Assembly: GCA_035358715.1 (NCBI GenBank)
Contig: DAOPPX010000009.1
Span: forward strand, 629-64,628
Source: Verrucomicrobiota bacterium
GTDB taxonomy: Bacteria; Verrucomicrobiota; Verrucomicrobiia; Limisphaerales; UBA8199
Reading direction: 5' to 3'
Length of the DNA stretch: 64,000 bases
A program made the translations under genes and the position numbers. This document shows positions 63,257-64,000 of this stretch, piece by piece (position 1 is the first letter of the stretch; each line of letters starts with the position of its first letter). The notes under the pieces are model-generated. The model searched no databases. It was not told the origin of the DNA and worked only from the letters and a program-made list of their open reading frames with translations.

Positions 63257-64000
63257 GCTGCATCGGAATTGAGGCAAGGCTGCTTGTCCAGCAGCCGGTT
63301 TATCTTCTGCTTCACCGCTTCATCCATCTTGATAAGCGGCGGCCAGGCTCGTTTGTGGCCCTCGCCGGGCAGCTTGCGCGTGGCATCCATGCCCAGTTTC
63401 GTGCCGACGCCCAGGTCTGGCGTCGCGTGGTCGAGCACATCGGCGGGCCCTTTGGTGAAGATGGCGTCGCGCTGCGGGTCGGTGTTGGCGCAGAGGCGGA
63501 ACAGGACCTCGCGAGTGTTGTGCACATCCACGTCGTCATCCACGACCACGATGTATTTGGTGAACATCATCTGCCCCATGCCCCAGAGGCCGTGCATGAC
63601 CTTGAAGGCCTGCATAGGGTAGGTCTTCCTGATGCTGACGAAGACCAGGTTATGGAAGACGCCTTCGGCGGGCAACGCCAGGTCCACCAACTCCGGGAAG
63701 GTCATTTTCAGGATCGGCAGGAACAGCCTTACGGAGGCGGTGCCGATGTAATAGTCCTCCATCGGCGGCAGGCCGACGATGGTGGCGGGATATACCGCGT
63801 TCTTGCGGTGCGTGATGGCGGTGAGGTGGAAGACTGGGTAGTGGTCGGGCAGTGAATAGAAGCCCGTGTGGTCGCCAAATGGTCCTTCCTCGCGCAGCGG
63901 CTCCCTGGTGTCCACGTATCCCTCCAGGACAAAGTCCGCGTCGGCCGGGACTTCCAGGTCGCAGGTCTCGCACCGGACCAGCTCGGCAGACTTCTTGCGG
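63241..64000 (-). CDS. UbiD-family (prenyl-FMN-dependent) decarboxylase, C-terminal part only; gene continues beyond the window
   Basis: 'EGPFGDHTGFYS', 'ATIVGLPPMEDYYIG' and 'MFTKYIVVVDDDVDVHN' are UbiD blocks. The frame stays open to position 64000 ('RKKSAELVRCETCDLEVPADADFVLEGYV...'). Confidence 0.85.
   Translation of the reverse strand, partial: RKKSAELVRCETCDLEVPADADFVLEGYVDTREPLREEGPFGDHTGFYSLPDHYPVFHLTAITHRKNAVYPATIVGLPPMEDYYIGTASVRLFLPILKMTFPELVDLALPAEGVFHNLVFVSIRKTYPMQAFKVMHGLWGMGQMMFTKYIVVVDDDVDVHNTREVLFRLCANTDPQRDAIFTKGPADVLDHATPDLGVGTKLGMDATRKLPGEGHKRAWPPLIKMDEAVKQKINRLLDKQPCLNSDAACRRT

Overview
This is a high-GC bacterial chromosomal segment. Spot counts of single 60-nt lines give about 57-72% GC in most genes and about 47% in one envelope gene. 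The gene content best fits a polysaccharide-degrading member of the PVC superphylum, probably Verrucomicrobiota-like. That call is an inference from a PVC-type CxxCH heme/HEAT protein, a four-helix-bundle-suffix protein, a Tat-signal DegT aminotransferase and many glycoside hydrolases and esterases. The window starts inside a 23S rRNA, followed by 5S and a terminator. Next comes a stand-alone 1054-codon AEP-primase/SF2-helicase/DUF559-nuclease gene, which I rate the most defence-like, least characterised item. After it come purH and a 4-gene envelope polysaccharide export operon (OM beta-barrel, Wzc-like BY-kinase, Wza-like exporter, divergent FHA protein). A 17-kb co-directional block follows: GH9, a beta-lactamase-fold hydrolase and a ceramidase-like hydrolase, then an SSF transporter, AraA-like isomerase, FGGY kinase, amidohydrolase, Gfo/Idh/MocA oxidoreductase, class-III aminotransferase, a short UvrA paralog and a class II aldolase with a long C-terminal tail. 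The rest holds more CAZyme-type genes (GxGYxYP-like, GH38-like, (alpha/alpha)6-like, BNR_4, GH127, two alpha/beta hydrolases) and two further ceramidase-like paralogs. It also holds a hicB-hicA pair whose toxin carries a 1-nt frameshift, a four-helix-bundle gene coupled to an unknown 277-aa gene, tRNA-Gly(CCC), fmt, an MFS transporter, a PPi-type PFK, a TGS GTPase and a partial UbiD. I saw no transposase, integrase, phage structural gene or CRISPR array. The most unusual non-coding signal is a recurring architecture at about 15.0, 32.8 and 62.1 kb: inverted repeats built from tandem 11-bp units. Several families of short GC-rich palindromic motifs are also present. All functional calls come from motif recognition by eye; no database search was run.
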